From contig JAJQAL010000003.1 of NCBI GenBank assembly GCA_021203815.1, positions 1 to 44,598 of the forward strand: a stretch of 44,598 bases of DNA. The letters are read 5' to 3'. Of the stretch, positions 43,156-44,598 are shown piece by piece (position 1 is the stretch's first letter; each line of letters starts with the position of its first letter). This stretch comes from Coprobacillus sp. GTDB lineage: Bacteria > Bacillota_I > Bacilli_A > RFN20 > CAG-826. The notes under the pieces were generated by a model that had not been told where the DNA came from, did no database searches, and saw only the letters and a program-made list of their open reading frames with translations. Made by a program: the position numbers and the translations under genes.

Positions 43156-44445
43156 TTATTCAGCTAGATTAAAGAGAATACCAAACTGAATATCGCTCCA
43201 ACTGCTTCCAATAAAAGTATCAAAGGCATCAGCATCCGTACCTACGCAGCCTTCAATATCACTAATCCAAATGAAGCTGGCATAGATATAAAGCGTTTCA
43301 CCCGCACCAACAGTGAAGGCTTCGTTATGTTCAACCCCTGTTAAATCAATATCGTTATTTTCAAGAGTGATGTTGTAATCGACAGATTCAGTCGAATAGG
43401 CATAATTGAGATCAAAGTGTTCATCAATTGTCGCTTCATAGCCAAGAATAGTCTTACAGAAGTCACAACACTCTGTACGTGGACATGTTTGTCCTCTTAT
43501 GTATGCATCATAATCACCAAGAATATAGCATCCAACATCATAGCAGTTGCAATCACATTGACCAAACCAGAATCTTGTAACTGGATCAACATCGAGGGAA
43601 ACTTGAACTTCGGTATCACCATAATTTGTAATTGATCCTATAATCCCATATTTACTTTTACTAGAACGAGGAGTCCCTGAATATTCATCAGGACTTGGTG
43701 CTAGATATGACTCTGTACTTGGGCAGTGTCCATTATCATCCGTATCAGTGCCACTTGAATCAACCTCCCCTAGGGTTTGACCGCAGACGCTGCACATAAC
43801 TTTATTATAAAAATTCTCTTCTTGCCAGGTAAGAGTCCCCACGACATATGTATGCTCTCCAGTGGCCGCAACATATGACTCTGAATCTACATAAGAATAC
43901 CCACATTCACATACTTTTGTGGTGTAACCCTGCTCCACACATGTTGGCGAGGTTACGACATCCTCAAATGTATGAACGGATTCCTCTTTATATCCGCAGG
44001 CAGAGCACTCGCGGTAATGGCCTAAATCTGGATTAGTTTCATCATATATATAATCTCCATAGGTATGCACTCCAGTAGCGGCTTTCCCTGAGGCTTCAGT
44101 TTGGAGATTCTCACATCGAGCGCAGACTTTTGTATAGTAGCCGTCATCTACGCAGGTTGGCGCTGTCTCCGTCATGATATAGTCATGCCCTAATGGGTCT
44201 ATTTTTCCTATATACGTATCCCCGCATATGGTGCAAGTATAAGTAATCTCGCCTTCTTCAGTGCAGGAGGCTTCTTTTGTTACCACGCCTTCATCATATA
44301 TATGTTCAGTGTGTTCACTAGTGCCGCTTCCATGTTCATAGACGTCTTCCTCCCCGGTGTAGATCGGGGGAATCGCCTCCACGCAGCTAGTTAGGCCTAA
44401 AGAAAAGGCGGTTAGAAGAGCGATACTTAAAAGAGATTTTTTCAT
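43156..44445 (-). CDS. Cys-rich repeat lipoprotein (secreted, unknown function)
   Basis: MKKSLLSIALLTAFSLGLTSC has a signal peptide and lipobox (L-T-S-C). I moved the start to the ATG at 44445, behind GGAGGAG. It has 4-5 repeats of the form C..(E/D)G....(C)..CG......(A)TG.H(T)Y, and a C-terminal ~190-aa domain with CDCNCYDVGC and CPRTECCDFC clusters. Confidence 0.7.
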   Translation of the reverse strand: MKKSLLSIALLTAFSLGLTSCVEAIPPIYTGEEDVYEHGSGTSEHTEHIYDEGVVTKEASCTEEGEITYTCTICGDTYIGKIDPLGHDYIMTETAPTCVDDGYYTKVCARCENLQTEASGKAATGVHTYGDYIYDETNPDLGHYRECSACGYKEESVHTFEDVVTSPTCVEQGYTTKVCECGYSYVDSESYVAATGEHTYVVGTLTWQEENFYNKVMCSVCGQTLGEVDSSGTDTDDNGHCPSTESYLAPSPDEYSGTPRSSKSKYGIIGSITNYGDTEVQVSLDVDPVTRFWFGQCDCNCYDVGCYILGDYDAYIRGQTCPRTECCDFCKTILGYEATIDEHFDLNYAYSTESVDYNITLENNDIDLTGVEHNEAFTVGAGETLYIYASFIWISDIEGCVGTDADAFDTFIGSSWSDIQFGILFNLAE

Positions 44446-44545
44446 GTTTTTCTCCTCCAATATTAATTATATTATGCGCTACTAATAGGATTACTTAAGG
44501 AAAACGTTTCTTAGTAGCTAGTTATAATAGATATATTTTAAAATA

Positions 44546-44598
<53 letters not shown>

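Noticed and set aside
44478-44518. 8-bp inverted repeat GCTACTAA...TTAGTAGC upstream of the lipoprotein gene, as an operator or terminator
   Set aside because: The stem is short, the loop is 25 nt, and the region is AT-rich and adjacent to the unreliable contig end. It cannot be distinguished from chance.

Overview
This is an AT-rich chromosomal core segment from a low-GC Bacillota / Mollicutes-like bacterium. It uses the standard genetic code: TGA serves as a stop, and the long conserved genes contain no in-frame TGA. I support about 46 protein genes, nearly all on the minus strand, and 7 solitary tRNA genes. I found no rRNA, CRISPR array, transposase/IS or prophage signature.

The right two thirds is a compacted version of the Bacillus-type ylo/ylq and rpsB-polC neighbourhoods:
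- asp23 - DAK2/fakA-like - recG - plsX - rnc - ftsY - ylxM - ffh
- an inverted rpsP - KH - rimM - trmD block plus an NCS2 purine permease
- rplS - lepB - rbgA - rnhB - dprA - topA - xerC
- rpsB - tsf - pyrH - frr - cdsA - dxr - rseP - polC

The left third (1..12.8 kb) is more accessory. It holds MgtC, a DUF1624 acyltransferase, an acyl-CoA synthetase, tRNAs packed tightly between ORFs, two membrane-anchored NERD-domain paralogues, a membrane GT2 synthase, a CBS-pair protein, DeoD, an orphan CdaA, a mini-SPFH protein, and NUDIX and RDD proteins.

The most unusual object is a 704-aa NAD+ synthetase (NadE). Its first ~50 residues look like a Phd/YefM antitoxin DNA-binding domain, and its own promoter is overlapped by tandem ACATA-NN-TATGT palindromes that include a TGTACA core. 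This suggests an enzyme-repressor fusion.

Other points worth a second look:
- tRNAs sitting 3-16 nt from flanking ORFs
- several apparently leaderless genes
- two convergent gene pairs with no intergenic spacer
- a Cys-rich repeat lipoprotein
- ribosomal protein S2 with long tails at both ends

The window ends in a 52-nt poly-G run that is almost certainly a sequencing or assembly artefact. All functional calls come from motif recognition by eye on the supplied translations; no database search was run.
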